Source: Mytilus californianus
Lineage: Eukaryota
Length of the DNA stretch: 64,000 nucleotides
NCBI RefSeq assembly: GCF_021869535.1
Contig: NW_026262723.1
Location: 87,358,001 to 87,422,000 of the forward strand
Direction: 5' to 3'
A model generated the notes under the pieces. It was not told the origin of the DNA and did not search any database. It saw only the letters and a program-made list of their open reading frames with translations. This document shows positions 1 through 13,495 of this stretch, piece by piece (positions within the stretch are counted from its first letter, which is position 1; the number at the start of each line of letters is the position of its first letter). A program made the position numbers and the translations under genes.

Positions 1-780
1 AGATGGTATTGGTATTGCTGTTTCCAAGAGTGGAGGTTTGACCGACCCTAATAACTATCGACCCATCGTTTTAGTGAGTGTGTTATCCAAACTGTTCACA
101 TCTATCCTGACGACTCGATTGCTTGTATTGTCCGAAGACGAAGATAAACTAATCGACAATCAATTTGGTTTTCGTCACGGACTTTCAACTATTGATGCTA
201 TTTTTTCCTACATGGTATAATTGTACATATTCTTTACCAAAAGATGAAACTATACAGCACTTTCCTTGATTTTCGAAAAGCGTTCGATAAATTAAACAGG
301 AGAATTTTGATTAAATGGAGTCAGAAGTAAATTGTGGCCATTATCAAATCTATTCATGCTTCTGTGCGTCTCCACGTAAGAAATGGTGGACTTCTATCTG
401 ATGCTTTTTGACAACCTGTTAGGACTAAAACCAGGCGAACGTTTATTTCCTTTTTCATTATTATTCCTGTTTTTGAATAATGATGTTATTGAAGATATAA
501 ATGATACAAATAATGAACATATGGTGAACCTGAATGTATTTTAATCTATTTGATACTTTTTGTAGACTGTACTGTATTCTATGCCATGTCTCCAGAGCTT
601 CTTCAATTTACCTTAAAATCTATCCAAATATTGTAGAAAATGGAACATAGAAATAAACACTAATAAGACTAAAGCTGTTGTGTTTAGAAATGGATTGCAA
701 CTTGTTAATAATCGTTTATACATCATAACCACGAACTTCAAATTGTTAATTCTTACGTTTACCTTGCCATACGTTTACGG
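1..780 (+). mobile_element. Degenerate non-LTR retrotransposon (CR1/L2-like LINE) reverse transcriptase remnant
   Basis: ORF 38-220 reads YRPIVLVSVLSKLFTSILTTRL...QFGFRHGLSTIDAIF, typical of LINE RT domains 1-2. An FLDFRKAFDK-like segment follows near 260-290. Stops and frameshifts throughout. Confidence 0.85.
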
Positions 781-1791
781 GAAATTCTTACACACACATC
801 ATATGGCAAAATTTGGGATAATTTGCTAATTTGCATAGCGGCCATTTTGCATTATCATGACGGCAGCCATTACAATAGGATTATATAAGCCCCTTCAATA
901 AAAATGCCAATATGCCAATACCTATGTTGAATGAACAATTTGTTCGCATATAGGTGAATTGTACATGTTTTTAGGCTTCTGTCCGTGTACAAATGGACAT
1001 TGTCTACTCTGAAATCTTTCGGCCTTTTTAGTTTAAAAATCGGAAGCGTAACCATAGTATAATTGCTCTATAAGATCTTATTAACTGAAGGAAAATCGTA
1101 AAATAGCAAGATTCAAAACAGAAATACATATGCAAGAAGATATTGTTCATGATTTGTTCGCATATAGTAAAACACCTTGTAGGTTGAACTTTAAAGTTGA
1201 ATAACTTTTAACTTACCTGCTTTCTTAAGTTTTCGGCCAAATTCTTTTAAAAACATGATGATTTCAACCTTCCCATTTCGTAAAACGTCAAATTTTAAGC
1301 ATTTTCCCTTAGAATTACACAGCATTTTTTTAAATATCTGCCAAAGGAAGTTTTTAAAGATACATTAGTTTTAGATACATGACGGAAAAGGACTGGATTA
1401 TCCGCCAATCTAAAATAAATTATATTTTCAATCTTAAGCTAAGGGAAGTAATTTGATCAAAAGGGACAAAGTCACGTGGTGCAAATCATTTGAATAAAGT
1501 ACCTTTGATTTTGCCATATGTACACACCAAATTGACTGTCTCAACAAGGGTCAAGAGCTCAATCATCACTCTTAAACTGTTTGAATAATTATCTACATTA
1601 CTACACATCAACAGTGTCTTCTTTGGGATAGTATGGTTTGATAGGTACTGACCTATTCTTCAGAAATTTGGTGTTTTCATCGCCCCAACGACATAGAAAT
1701 TATTCATAACCGTTTTTGTAGGTTAGTTTTAAAAAGTAGGTAAACGTGCTCCTATTAATTTTCTTTGTGGCGAGCTTTGTCATTTATCTAT

Positions 1792-2414
1792 AAAGAAATA
1801 AGAAGATGTGGTATAATTGCCAACTCTCCACCAGAGACCAAATGACATAGGAGTTAACAACTATAGGTCACCGTACGGCATTCAAGAATGATTAAAACCA
1901 ATACCGCGTAGTCGGCTATAAAACGCCCCGAAATGACAAATGTAAAACAATTCAAACGAGAATATTAACGGTCTGATTTATAAAAAAAAACAATGAACGA
2001 AATACAGATATGATATACAAGCAACAAATGACATCCACTGAATTATAGGCACCTGACTTGGGATAGGCATATACAGAATGTGGCGGGTTTTAACATGTTT
2101 AGTGGGCACCCAACCCTCCCACTAATCTGGGACAGTGGTGTTACAGTACAACATATGAACAAACTATAAAAATCAGTTGAAAAGGGCTTAACTCATCAGA
2201 TCGATACAAAGCAGAAACAAAAGAAACAAAAACAAAGACCGGATGTGGTAGGGTATTTATACATCCCTACAACAAAATAGACACTAAGTACTGATCTGAG
2301 AGTACTCGCAGTTACTGACGGCTAGTTCAAAGCCAATAACAACTAATAAAAAAAATCATGAATCTAAGACTAAAATATCAATCAGTACACATCTAACATG
2401 CAATGGATTATGTT
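1792..2414 (+). repeat. Dispersed repeat family A (aagaagatgtggtat... head), long copy
   Basis: Head and body recur at 10615, 30774, 43547, 59602 (+) and 49262/51190 (-). The long tail (ctataaaaatcagttgaaaagggcttaact...gctagttcaaagccaataacaac) is shared with 43547-44100. Confidence 0.85.
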
Positions 2415-2419
2415 TTAAA

Positions 2420-3055
2420 TATAAAATAAATCTTGAAATATTGGCTACGTAGAGTTAGATATAAACCAGCTATTGTATATGATGTACATGAAAATTTATA
2501 TGACGATGCAAATCAAGGTAAAATAAATTGGCCATCTTATATGCGTGATTTGTTATTTAGTCTTGGAATGAACTATATTTGGATTGACCAGAATGATATT
2601 GATATATTGTTTAATGTTATTTGATGTTACATACATTAAAGACCAATATCTGCAGAAATTTTCAGCAGATATATATGATTGTGAGAAATTAAGTGTATAT
2701 AGAAATGTGTGGTACATTGAAACTAAATGTTGCAGTTGGTCGTCTCTGTGATATAACCAAGAGAACTACGTTTATGTGTATGTTGTAACATGCAACAGAA
2801 CAATCAGAAATTCATTTTGCCACGTTATTATTTTTATTATTGTTCTTGGCCAAATACTTTTAAACTATTTAATTTGTTGAAACCTACTTCTAGATCGCTT
2901 ACAATTAAGTTCTGTATCTATTTGAAGAATGCATGGATATTGTTTCTTAGTTATGTTATTATTGTATTGTTCTCTGCTATCAGTCTTTTGTCACATTGTG
3001 CATATATTCTGTATTGCCGAAGCATGTCGTGAATGCTCTTGCAAATAAATATTGA
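2420..3055 (+). mobile_element. 3' portion of a LINE (post-RT C-terminal region and 3' tail), probably the same family as 1-780
   Basis: ORF 2433-2624 reads NWPSYMRDLLFSLGMNYIWIDQ, resembling invertebrate L2/CR1 C-termini as I recall them. The segment ends in ...gcaaataaatattg. Confidence 0.6.
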
Positions 3056-4746
3056 TAGATTTTCTCTTAATTATTTATTGATCTGATATCCTTCAAAATG
3101 ACACAACTGCTATATTTCTTGACTGACTATTTTTACCAATTATGTGGTTTTATTTATTTTTTTTCTTATTTTTTTTTTTTCAATGGAAAAGATCTTTACC
3201 CCTGTAACTACAGAACGAATTTTAATAAACTAATAATGTTTGATCCCTATTGTGTTGTCAAAAAGACTATAAATTATAGTATAGTGTATCTTCCATCATG
3301 GCCGCAATGACTAGAGACAGAAGGTAAGGGTTAAATGCCTTATAACTGACCACAAGTTGTATTCTGACTTGGATAAAATGCACAGAAGGAAAAGATTGAA
3401 CATAAGAGTTGTCAAATGATCATTTCTTTTTTTGCGTTGTTGTCCATTAATTTAAACGTTTTCGGATATTGACTTAAAAACAATTATGAATAGAGAGTTA
3501 CCGCAAAACACTCTTAAACAAGTAAATTCTTTAATCGTGTGATGATAGCTTAGTTCAACTTTTTTTATTCGAGCGTCAATGATCAGAATTTTGAAGACGA
3601 AACGCGCGTCTGGCGTGCACAATCTTAAGCTTGGTATTAATGGTGAGCTTATTTAGTAGAGGATTCGAAACATTTTGTTTTGTTTTTTTATCTTTTCTAG
3701 AATTTTTTCATGACATAAAGGATGGTATGGATGGGGGTCTATCATTTCTGTATTCTTTAATTTTTTCGAACATTATTCTTTATCTTTAGAAGTAATGACT
3801 ATTCTGTAATTAATTGGTAACTGTATTTGGACATTGTTCTTCTCTGTAATCAGTATATTTTTACCCAATTCTTTAATTTTTGCAGTTATTTTTTTATATT
3901 CTAGCACCCCATCATTCACTATTCTTTATTTTTTAACCCATTTTTCTCTATTCTTTATTTTTTTGCCCATTTTTCTCTATTCTGTAAACCCCATCCACAC
4001 CCTCATAAAGAGTGAAAATAAATATCAAAATTATATTTTTACCAGGTGGCCGACTTGAGACTATGAAGTCTATAGTTGTTATATCCTTTAAGTGGAATCG
4101 TTACCTAAACAAATTCCTATATTGAAGCAGTTTATGATACTAATATTAATATCTCTATTGCAGATGTTTTCGATAAACAATATTACGTTCATAGAAATCT
4201 AAGACATCACTGCGAACACGTTCACATCGAATCAATAGGGAAATGAAGAAGCAAACGGTACATCGCCATCAAGTTAAGAAGAATTGAAATGACGCTTCAG
4301 TATAGTTAACGTACGTAGACATTCGCAAGGTTTTGAACCTTAAAAAATTATTGCATAAACTAAATACTAATTGATGAAATCAACTCAGTGATTACTATTG
4401 TAAAGTTAAAATGTGGAGTTGTAGTTAGTTAACAAACGTCTTGTTATTCATTGGATATATTCTATTTCTTATGATTACTGTAATCATTTCAGAACAACTG
4501 CCCTATTGTTATATTACCTTCTTTAGTGGTTTTTTTTTTTGTGTGTCTCTTGGCTGTCTTTCTCGAACACCGTAGGATGCATCTCTATACACACTATTGA
4601 TTGAGATTCAGTCTGTTTTATAGGATGACAATATTTTCAGATACACTTTACATTCATCTCAATATAATTTCTTGACAACAGAAATCTTCCATTTTTATAG
4701 CGCGGATACACAATGTAAATTGTTGCCTAAACCTGAAGGCCATTCA

Positions 4747-5998
4747 ACCAGACTCAATCTAGCGAACAATAAGCCAGCGAACAATAAGGTGTATCAAGCT
4801 AGCAAACAATAAGAAATACGCGCCTTAAAACCGAAGACTTATATTAACCTGAAACGTCCTTTGAAATCTGATGACAATCATTTTCAGTAGAAACACATTT
4901 TCACAAAGACAAATTGATTTTTTGTTTATATATATGTTTATAACAACATATTTTTTTTCTACCTAGGTGTTTGGTTCCAGGCAACCTTAGGCCATTGCCT
5001 ATCATTTGCATCTAGTGTAGACAAAAGCTTTACCGTATGGACTTTTTATGGATTAAAAAAGGGAGGGGATTAGGTCACAATACCCCAACTTTGGACCTCA
5101 GTTGTTGAAGTTCCGTATCTTTACCCACCTATTTGTTTGGTTCCAGACAACCTTAGGCCATTGCCTATCATTTGTACCTAGTGTGGACAAAAGCTTTGCC
5201 GTAGGGACTTTTTTATGAATTAAAGAAGGGAGGGGGTTGGGTCACCATACCCCAACTTTGGAACTCAGTTATAAAAGTTCCGTAACTTTACCCACCTGGT
5301 TCTTTGGGTCCAGGTAACCTTAGTATTATCATTTGTGATTTGGATCCAAAAAAATAGTCGTTTAGATTAACCAAAATCTTTATTTCAATTCGTTTCTCGT
5401 TCTATTTGTGTGTCACTCTGACACTAATCACTCTTCCTATTGAAATATAATAAATAAATTACCAGTGTAACGACATACTTTTGAATCATAAGAACAATGT
5501 ACTCGTTCTTTGACAAAAGAAGAAACTACGTATAATAGTTATCAGCTTTTATTTCAACAGAAAATCTAACATAAAAATCAGTCCGTTTTTTTTTCTTTTC
5601 TTTTCAAACGCATATATAAGCTAGAAGATTTAATTGTATCGTTACACTAGTTTAGAATAAACTATTGTTATAACTTGGTTCATTATTATACAGACAATAA
5701 ACCCATCTCTAATCAGAGAACACTAAAAAGAGAATGGATTAGCTTAAAGTAATTTTAGATGCCCGGCTTAAAAAAAAGTTGTATCAAATAAACGTGTCTG
5801 TGAAAATGAATTGCATATCGTCTTCCTACTGGAAATGATTCTCATCAGATTTCAAAGCACGTTTCATGTTATTGCAAGTCTTCGGTTTTTGGGCATGATC
5901 AGGTTGGCGCGTTTTTCTTATTGTTCGCTGGCTCATTGTTCGCTAGCTTGATGCATCTTATTGTTCGCTGGCTTATTGTTCGATAGCTTGAGTCTGGT
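4747..5998. mobile_element. Foldback/MITE-like element with long inverted arms carrying gcgaacaataag repeats and an internal ~175 bp tandem duplication
   Basis: 4747-4900 matches the reverse complement of 5790-5998 (ccagactcaa..agcgaacaataagccagcgaacaataag..aaaaccgaagactt..tttgaaatctgatga). The internal unit near 4960-5130 repeats at 5130-5320. Confidence 0.75.
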
Positions 5999-6035
5999 GG
6001 CCATTCATTAGAATTTTACTGCAAATCGTGAAATT

Positions 6036-7520
6036 TCATTCTTTATAGAAATGATAAAACATTATAAAGCATTCAAAATGATAGAAAATTACAAACGGAA
6101 CCCAGAAATGCTTAAATTTCAGCCAAGTGGTACTGTCAAACAGCGGTTGATTAATAAAACCCTCGTACGGAACATACATAAATGTATACGAAAACCAAGT
6201 GCTGAAATTTACAAAACACATCACAAGAAAGATGTTTCGGATTGATAATACAGAATTGGAACTGCTAAACTTTCGGTATTGCTTCATCTGTAGAATAAAA
6301 GTTGTCTGTAAAATCGTGACGGTAACTCTAACAACTGTATTAAGATGGATTCTGATGTCATTACGAAATATCCCGAGACTTTCAAGAATGTAGTAACCAC
6401 AAGTAGCAAGAGATGTTGAAAGGATAATAAAATGTTGAATGTTGATTATTTTCCGTGGCCTTTCCTTTGGTTGTAGTTCTCCAGCTAATGCATGATAACA
6501 TTTGATTGTGAGTGGTATTCGCAAAATGTTTCCGAAAAGATAGTATGCACTGGGTGCACCAGCTTGGTTAAACTTTGTTATGTACATTAAAATGCACTGG
6601 ATCATAATGAAGGATAAAAAAAACAATATAACAAGTCCGACTATACACTTTGATTTCCTATTCATTGGTGTATGCCTGTTAAGAACTGCTATATTTCTCG
6701 ATAAAAGCGGATAATTTTCTCCATTGTCTTGAGAAAGGGAAGTAGAATCAAATAAATGCATGTTGTCAAGTGACACGTACTGCTTTGGCCACATTTGAGA
6801 AATGAATATCAAACTTAACAGACAATATTCAAGCAACACCGGATCCAGAAATGGTTTTAGTATCCTTCCTGCTTTATACAGAGTTGTGGCGTTATTGCAT
6901 AGGTGTCCAGAGTTATTCAAAATGTCTTTTATGTCTTCAAAGTACAAGTCTAAATTGTTACGTGTCCACAAAGAAATGTTTGCAACAAACAAAAACATCA
7001 GTATATAATAAAAACACCTAATATTTGCAAATCTGAATCGTGAAAAATAAACAATGAATATGGTTTGTCCGAGATCGAAAAGCCAAGTAATTATATAGTA
7101 AATTGATTTCTGTGATAATGACTCACGTACATTGCATTGGATATGAAGAGCTAATTTCATCGCCTGTGATACTATATTTCCGAAGCAAAAGAGCCACAGA
7201 AACGCTAATTTCAGTCTGTCAGTAACTTTTCGTCTATGAAAAACCTTCCAATCGCTTTTTATGTGAACTAGAAAGCTACAAGTGATTAAGATACATATGG
7301 CAAAAGCTAGTAATCCAACCATCACCCATCTAGAATCTTTGGTTGGAAATATCAACATCACTTCAAGAACCGCTATAACTAGAGTCGTCAATAGCACTAG
7401 ACCGGATATACTTGCATCATGAACCGAAAATCTGCCATTTTCACGCTTTGTCACTAGTCCTGCTGTAAAAGGCATTACCAATGCAGCATGTATAATCCTT
7501 CGTAGCATATCTAGCATCAT
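6036..7520 (-). CDS. Otopetrin-family (OtopLc-like) 12-TM channel, copy 1; single coding exon, 494 aa
   Basis: Twelve hydrophobic segments with a two-fold internal repeat: QTIFI (TM4)/QTTFI (TM10), ANISLW (TM5)/VNFSTW (TM11), PVLLEYCLL..QMWP (TM6)/PFVIFYHFE (TM12). Uninterrupted ORF. Acceptor ttcttacag lies 7 nt before the ATG. Confidence 0.9.
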   Translation of the reverse strand: MMLDMLRRIIHAALVMPFTAGLVTKRENGRFSVHDASISGLVLLTTLVIAVLEVMLIFPTKDSRWVMVGLLAFAICILITCSFLVHIKSDWKVFHRRKVTDRLKLAFLWLFCFGNIVSQAMKLALHIQCNVRESLSQKSIYYIITWLFDLGQTIFIVYFSRFRFANIRCFYYILMFLFVANISLWTRNNLDLYFEDIKDILNNSGHLCNNATTLYKAGRILKPFLDPVLLEYCLLSLIFISQMWPKQYVSLDNMHLFDSTSLSQDNGENYPLLSRNIAVLNRHTPMNRKSKCIVGLVILFFLSFIMIQCILMYITKFNQAGAPSAYYLFGNILRIPLTIKCYHALAGELQPKERPRKIINIQHFIILSTSLATCGYYILESLGIFRNDIRIHLNTVVRVTVTILQTTFILQMKQYRKFSSSNSVLSIRNIFLVMCFVNFSTWFSYTFMYVPYEGFINQPLFDSTTWLKFKHFWVPFVIFYHFECFIMFYHFYKE

Positions 7521-10500
7521 TGTGTGTCTGTAAGAAATTAATCATTCAATTTACTATTCGCATGTTCACTTAAGTTGCTGTACAAATTTACAATGCATGA
7601 GAATCCGCAGTAGACTGAAATTTCCTCCGCTGGATTTTTAACATATGAAAGCTTTCATTCGGTGAAATGTGATTCTGCTAATCGAAACCGAGAATATTAA
7701 AGGTCTACAGATGAAGGTACACATGCATGTCGCTATGCATATTCTTCCTTTTTTCGGAAAATATAGAATTTAAACAACAACAAAAAGAAGTAAATTATGA
7801 TAGAAAGTATTTGTTTTCTGTAATCATTTCCTTATTTTTCAACACCATATTGTTTTTTTTTTTTTCTCATTTTCTGTTATAACGAAACTGTATTGTTAGT
7901 ATTAAGTGCTGTAGTTTAATTTCGAACTGATAATAGACAACAAATTTCAAAGGAATTATTTCCTCGTCACGTTTCTCATACAGTATACTTAAACTGTGGA
8001 TGTTGTGAGTTGTCCGTTTGTAAACAGCCTCCAAAGTCTTCCAAAGAATCTGGCAGAATATTTTAAACTCAAATGAGCCTTTATTATATCATGTTTATAA
8101 TGTTACCCAGCAATTACGTGGAGGTTTTGTTCCAAAAATCAAAATTTTATTCTCCAAAGTGACATTTTAGAAAACAAAGTACTTTTTTCTAAAGAAAACG
8201 ATTACTTTCTGTTTCAACAAAGAAGCTAAATGAAAGTTAAAATACATTTTGGAAAAATTGTCTTTTTAATGATGAGAATTTGATTAATGGAAATAAGTTA
8301 AGAACTTACAGAAAATTTAAAGTGAAGTACGAACTTGAAAATCATCTTTTAATGAATTTAGATTAAAAATGATATAAAAAAATATCCCAAAATATCCCAA
8401 AATAAGAAGAAACAGCAAGCTATCTATTTAACGTGGTAGATACATTAAAACAGCTTTAGAAAATAGATTGCGTCCCCTATGGAATATAGAGGTGGAAGAG
8501 AAATGCAATTTTTGACATTGTTCCTAGTTTAATTTCAATGACTAATTGAAAAAAAAAAATTTTGTGAGGAATATGATTATTATAATGCCATAAGTAAAAT
8601 GTATAATTACAGAAATAATATTAACATATATTCATGAACTGTGTATTTTACATGTATGGATTTATATGACTATATTTTTCTCTTTCGAATAACCTAATAT
8701 ATAAATGAACATATGATAAAGGTAAGCAGGATTTTTCTTCATTTTTCATAACAGTTCTTAATGTAATAATTGTTATGCTAATTTGAGGAGAGGCATGTTG
8801 TGTAGCAATTAAGAAAAAAAACAAACAAACAAACAAACTTAGATTTTTTTGTCAATGTTTCATATTTGTATTGTTTATTTGTATTTTGTGCTACATGTGT
8901 ATTTTGTAACAATCTCATTGTTTGGATTTAATACTAATAAATTTTTTATATCTTATATACAGTAGATACATCATTTTCATATTGTAAGTGTTCCGATCGA
9001 TTGTTCGAATTCAAATATTTTTGTTGCCTGATTTCGGAAGACGATGAAAATCAATACATATATGTTTTCTAAATTTCTGTGTACTTAATGTGATTGAAAA
9101 TTACATAACACTTTTCTTTGCATTTAAATGCAATTTAAAAAAATAAAAACACTAGGCAAAGTTTTGTCACAAATTAATGTTCAAATTTGAAATATAATAA
9201 ACTTTTATTTCTTTAAATTTAGTATTTACTAATGAGTCTTATGTAGCCCCTTATTGAAGATAACTTAAAACGCGCGCCTGGCGTAACAAATATTAGCCTT
9301 GTACCTTTGATGATTTTTTTTCTAAAATAAAAATAAAAATAAAAAGAAATGTATTACAAAATTTCGTATTGGTTATCATAAAACCTTATTGTACATTTAC
9401 TAGATGCTGTATATTTATATCAAAATCAAACATTCGACCTGAACATGCATGATATATTTGCCACTGGACGTTCAACAACCAACAACCAACAATCAACAAT
9501 CAATAAAACCAAACATTCTGAGGATATTGCATGTGCAACATGATGTCTCCTTTTAGCTATAACGTTAATATTGGATGAGTATACACTTATATGGGACAAG
9601 CATTTAAAAGTTTTTACTACTGTAGTTGGGACTTTTAATATCATGGTAAAATTGACCTCCGATGAATCCGGCTATATTTTATGCCCTTATTCTTCTTCGA
9701 GTGTTTTAGTCTTACACATCCTTGGCTTTTAAATGGTTTGGTTTGAGCGTTCCCGATGAAGGAAGATCCATAAAAGCGCTTCTGACGCACGAAAGTTAAA
9801 GTGTTTTTGGGTCAGACTGTTTTGGGTCAGACTGTTTATCAAAAAATACGGATACTATTTACAACTGCAGACCCAACGGAACCATTAGATCTTAAGGTTT
9901 TATTTCTCTAAAAGCTTACATTCTAAAGCAATTTTCTATATCCAATGACCACAATTCCTGCAAAAATTGCTCAAATCTATCTGTATCTCCTTTAGCTTAC
10001 TATACATCAAATGTTATATCCATTGATTCAGGCATTACAGAAAAAAGTGCGGAGAACTGATATTTTTCAAGGCATTTTTATATGTCAAAGTAAGAAAACT
10101 CTAGCAAATAATCCCTCAACCGGAACGAAACTCAAACTAACTTGATCTGAAACGTACTATGATAGTACATATACTGTACACCATATAGTAAACCATTTGG
10201 TTTAAGAATTGCAGCAAAAGTGAGCGGAAATTGATATTTTCAGGCAATTTTCTATATTTTAGGACCAAAACGTTCAAACAAACGCTAAAATCCTGAAGCT
10301 TAATAATAGTTATGGAAAGCAACCTACAAATGATTTGTAATAGTGAGGCCAACATAACATTATGGTATGAATTGCAAGAGTAATCTCAAAAAAAAATTAA
10401 ATTAAGGAATGCATCTCCCTCTTGAATGGCTTTTATTCCTTGTCCGTGTTCAGCTTTACATGGTCCTTTTTGGTTTTTCAAGTATTTTGGCTTTAGGCAT

Positions 10501-10614
10501 CACCGAAGAGACATTAGTTGTTGAAATGCGTATCTAGTCCAGTAAATTTGGTACCTTTTATGTTATTTCGATTTTAAGATTTTCTTCAATGTAATTTTCC
10601 AATTTGTATTAAGT

Positions 10615-10888
10615 ATAAATAAGAAGATGTGGTATGAGTGCCAACGAGAAAACTCTCCATCCAAGTCACAATGTATAAAAAGTTAACAATTATAGGTCAA
10701 AGTACGGCCTTCCGAACAGCAAGCTATAAAGGACCCTAAAATGACTAGTGTAAAACAATTCAAACAGAAAAACCAACGGTATAATCTTTATAAAAAACGA
10801 GAAACGAGAAACACTTATGAACCACACCAATAAACGACAACCACTGAACAACAGGCTCTTGACTTAGGACAAGTGCATAAAAATGCAA
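10615..10888 (+). repeat. Dispersed repeat family A, subtype B copy
   Basis: aagaagatgtggtatgagtgccaa..ctctccatccaagtcaca..tataggtcaaagtacggccttc matches 30774-31060 and the reverse complement of 49400-49727. Confidence 0.85.
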
Positions 10889-12819
10889 AAAGGACTACAT
10901 TTTGATCGATATGTTTCCATTGTTAAATACTAACACCCTCCTCATAACCTATCACAAAAAACTTACCGATATTTCGATATGCTGATAGTAACCAGTGCTT
11001 TCCTCTCTTTCGCACGATTAAATCAAAGCAGTTCAGACAAAGAAATAAAACAAGAAAATATTTTCCCTATTTTCTAATTAATTTTCTTAATTTTCAATTT
11101 AACAATGAACATGCTTCCTCGTTATAGCATCAATTACTATACCATAATAAAACAGTGGAAATATATTTGTTCTCTTGTTCTTATACGAGGAAATTAAGAG
11201 AGTATTACTTTCTTTTAAGTCTTTAATTTTCCTTATATAAATGATTAACAATTTTATTGTGAGTTTCAGGTCATCACATTCCTCTCTAGTCATCTTACTT
11301 TTATGTGCTCCGAATATTTTGAATGACACCAGTTTTATTTTATGAAGATAACATATTTAGTTAATTATATTCGACGCTTTTCTTTTGCTTAATAAACAAG
11401 TTCATGATCTAAATCCAATAAAACATTGAGTACACATGTTGGTTGTCACACTTGAATCTACAACGGCAATTATATTTTGATCGACGCTTGCAGATCAAAG
11501 TGTACATTTCTGTGGGTGTTACTCCTCATAAATTCAATTAAAAAAATTGAAAACGTAAGTCTATTCTTATTTAAAGAATATTTTACTGGTAAAGTGTTGT
11601 TTTTCCATAACATTTTTGCTCATTAAATCAAGACGGATACTGCAACTAGTTTAAATTCCTGTTTCCGGTTAGTTGAGCAAGAAAAGTACATTTTTCTTCT
11701 AGTTTTAATCAAAATCGTTAACAGGCGATTTTTGTACTTATTTGGCGTTTTTACTATATTTTTTTCATATGTAAACATGATCGTTATATGATTTATTGAT
11801 CAAAAGTTTCCCCTGGAACAAAAAATCGTTGCTCGCCTTGCTTCTTAAAACGCCATAGAACTTACCTGATATTTCTATCAATAATGGTCTATGTGATTCT
11901 TGATTTAATATAAATAACATTAAATTTGGGATATACGTATATAAGACAGAAAACTTTGTCGGAAAAAGAATAGTTTCTATTTCGAACTTCCGTATTCAGT
12001 CATGAAAGGTAATCAAATTTAAGTATACGAATGCTTTATACATTTGGAAGGTTTTGTGGCAAAAAAAAGAGTCGACCTCTACTAATAAGCTGTGATGGAT
12101 TAACTTATCACAGGATATCTTTCAGTAATGGATTTTATTAGGAATAACACGTGTGGTACTATTTGAGAAGGCACTACAAAGCCTTCCAGAGGACAGAGGT
12201 TCACCCCTAGTTTTTTGTTATTTTGGTTCGTGTTGAACAATCATCAGTGTTCTCTTTAGTGTTTTGTTGATTGGTGTTTGTTTGTTCGTCCTTTTTTTAT
12301 GGCCATAGCATTATCTCTCTTTTTTTTTACTATTGTTTTCTTTTAAATTATCTTTTGGAATATTGTTTTACTTTGCAAGGATATTAAGATATGGTTCGCC
12401 TTGAAGTAAATTAATATTCTTTTAACAAATTCACAAAATAGGGAATAGTTTTATTGTAAGTATGCTATCATGTATCGATTGACTGACTTTGAAAAAAACA
12501 ATCCTAAAAATAACTACTGTTTGGAAAAAATCTAGCTATTCTAACGGAATTGAAAGTGGCAAATGCTTCTACAAAATAACTTTAGAGGTCAGCACAAGAT
12601 ATTCAACAAAAGACAAGTGTTTGTACAATGTGCCAAGCACTTAACGAATCGAGTATAAAACTTTTTTTTTTATCTTATATTCTTATAAGAGTATCGTTAA
12701 TTTAAGATCACTTGTATTACACATATTACACTTATAGTAGGATATAAAACAAAGAAATTGCTTTTTAAAATAACAAAACATGTTGCAATTCACCAACAAT
12801 GCTCCTTTTTATTGATAGG

Positions 12820-13135
12820 AGCAATCGTCTAACCACAATCTCGTCTTCCTTTTCCCCAAATGTGACCTACCGAATTAGACTTATCTCCGGATTTGTACTT
12901 ACACGAGCAACTCGACGGGTGCCACATTTGTAGGATCTGTTTACCCTTCCGGAGCACTTGAAATCACCCCCGGTTTTGGTGGGGTTCGTGTTGCTCAGTC
13001 TTTTGTTTTCTATGTTGTGTTTTGTATATTGTTGTTTTGTCTTTTGGTCTTTTTCTCTTTTTTTGCCATGGCGTTGTCAGTTTATCTTCGACTTATGAGT
13101 TTGAATGCCCCTTTGGTAATTTTCGCCTCTCTTTT
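12820..13135. repeat. Dispersed repeat family C (ccttccggagcac...gttcgtgttgctcagtcttt...cgcctctctttt)
   Basis: A partial copy lies at 17590-17829 and a degenerate copy at about 12140-12360. Confidence 0.75.
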
Positions 13136-13495
13136 ACATTAAATCGCATTGGCTTGTGGTCCAGGTGAGCGAATCAGTTTTAACATTTCAATTATCCTTC
13201 CCGTAGTTTTGATTTTAGTAATATTTCCTTCCTTGTTTAGTTCCGCATATAAACAGGTGAGGTAAAGAACTTTGATTGGATAAATTAGCTACCGATTGTA
13301 TTATTATTTTCACTTCATTGACAGTGCGTCTTTTATATTTTTTTCAGTTGTTAGATCATAATTTAAAAAATATTTAAAGTTAACAAATGAATGTGTTTAG
13401 AAAGTTTATTTTTCGCTGTATCAGATTATTTTGGCAACAAAACAACAATAAAATGTGTTAGACTTCTTTAAAGTTCTATCCTCAGAAGGAAAAGA

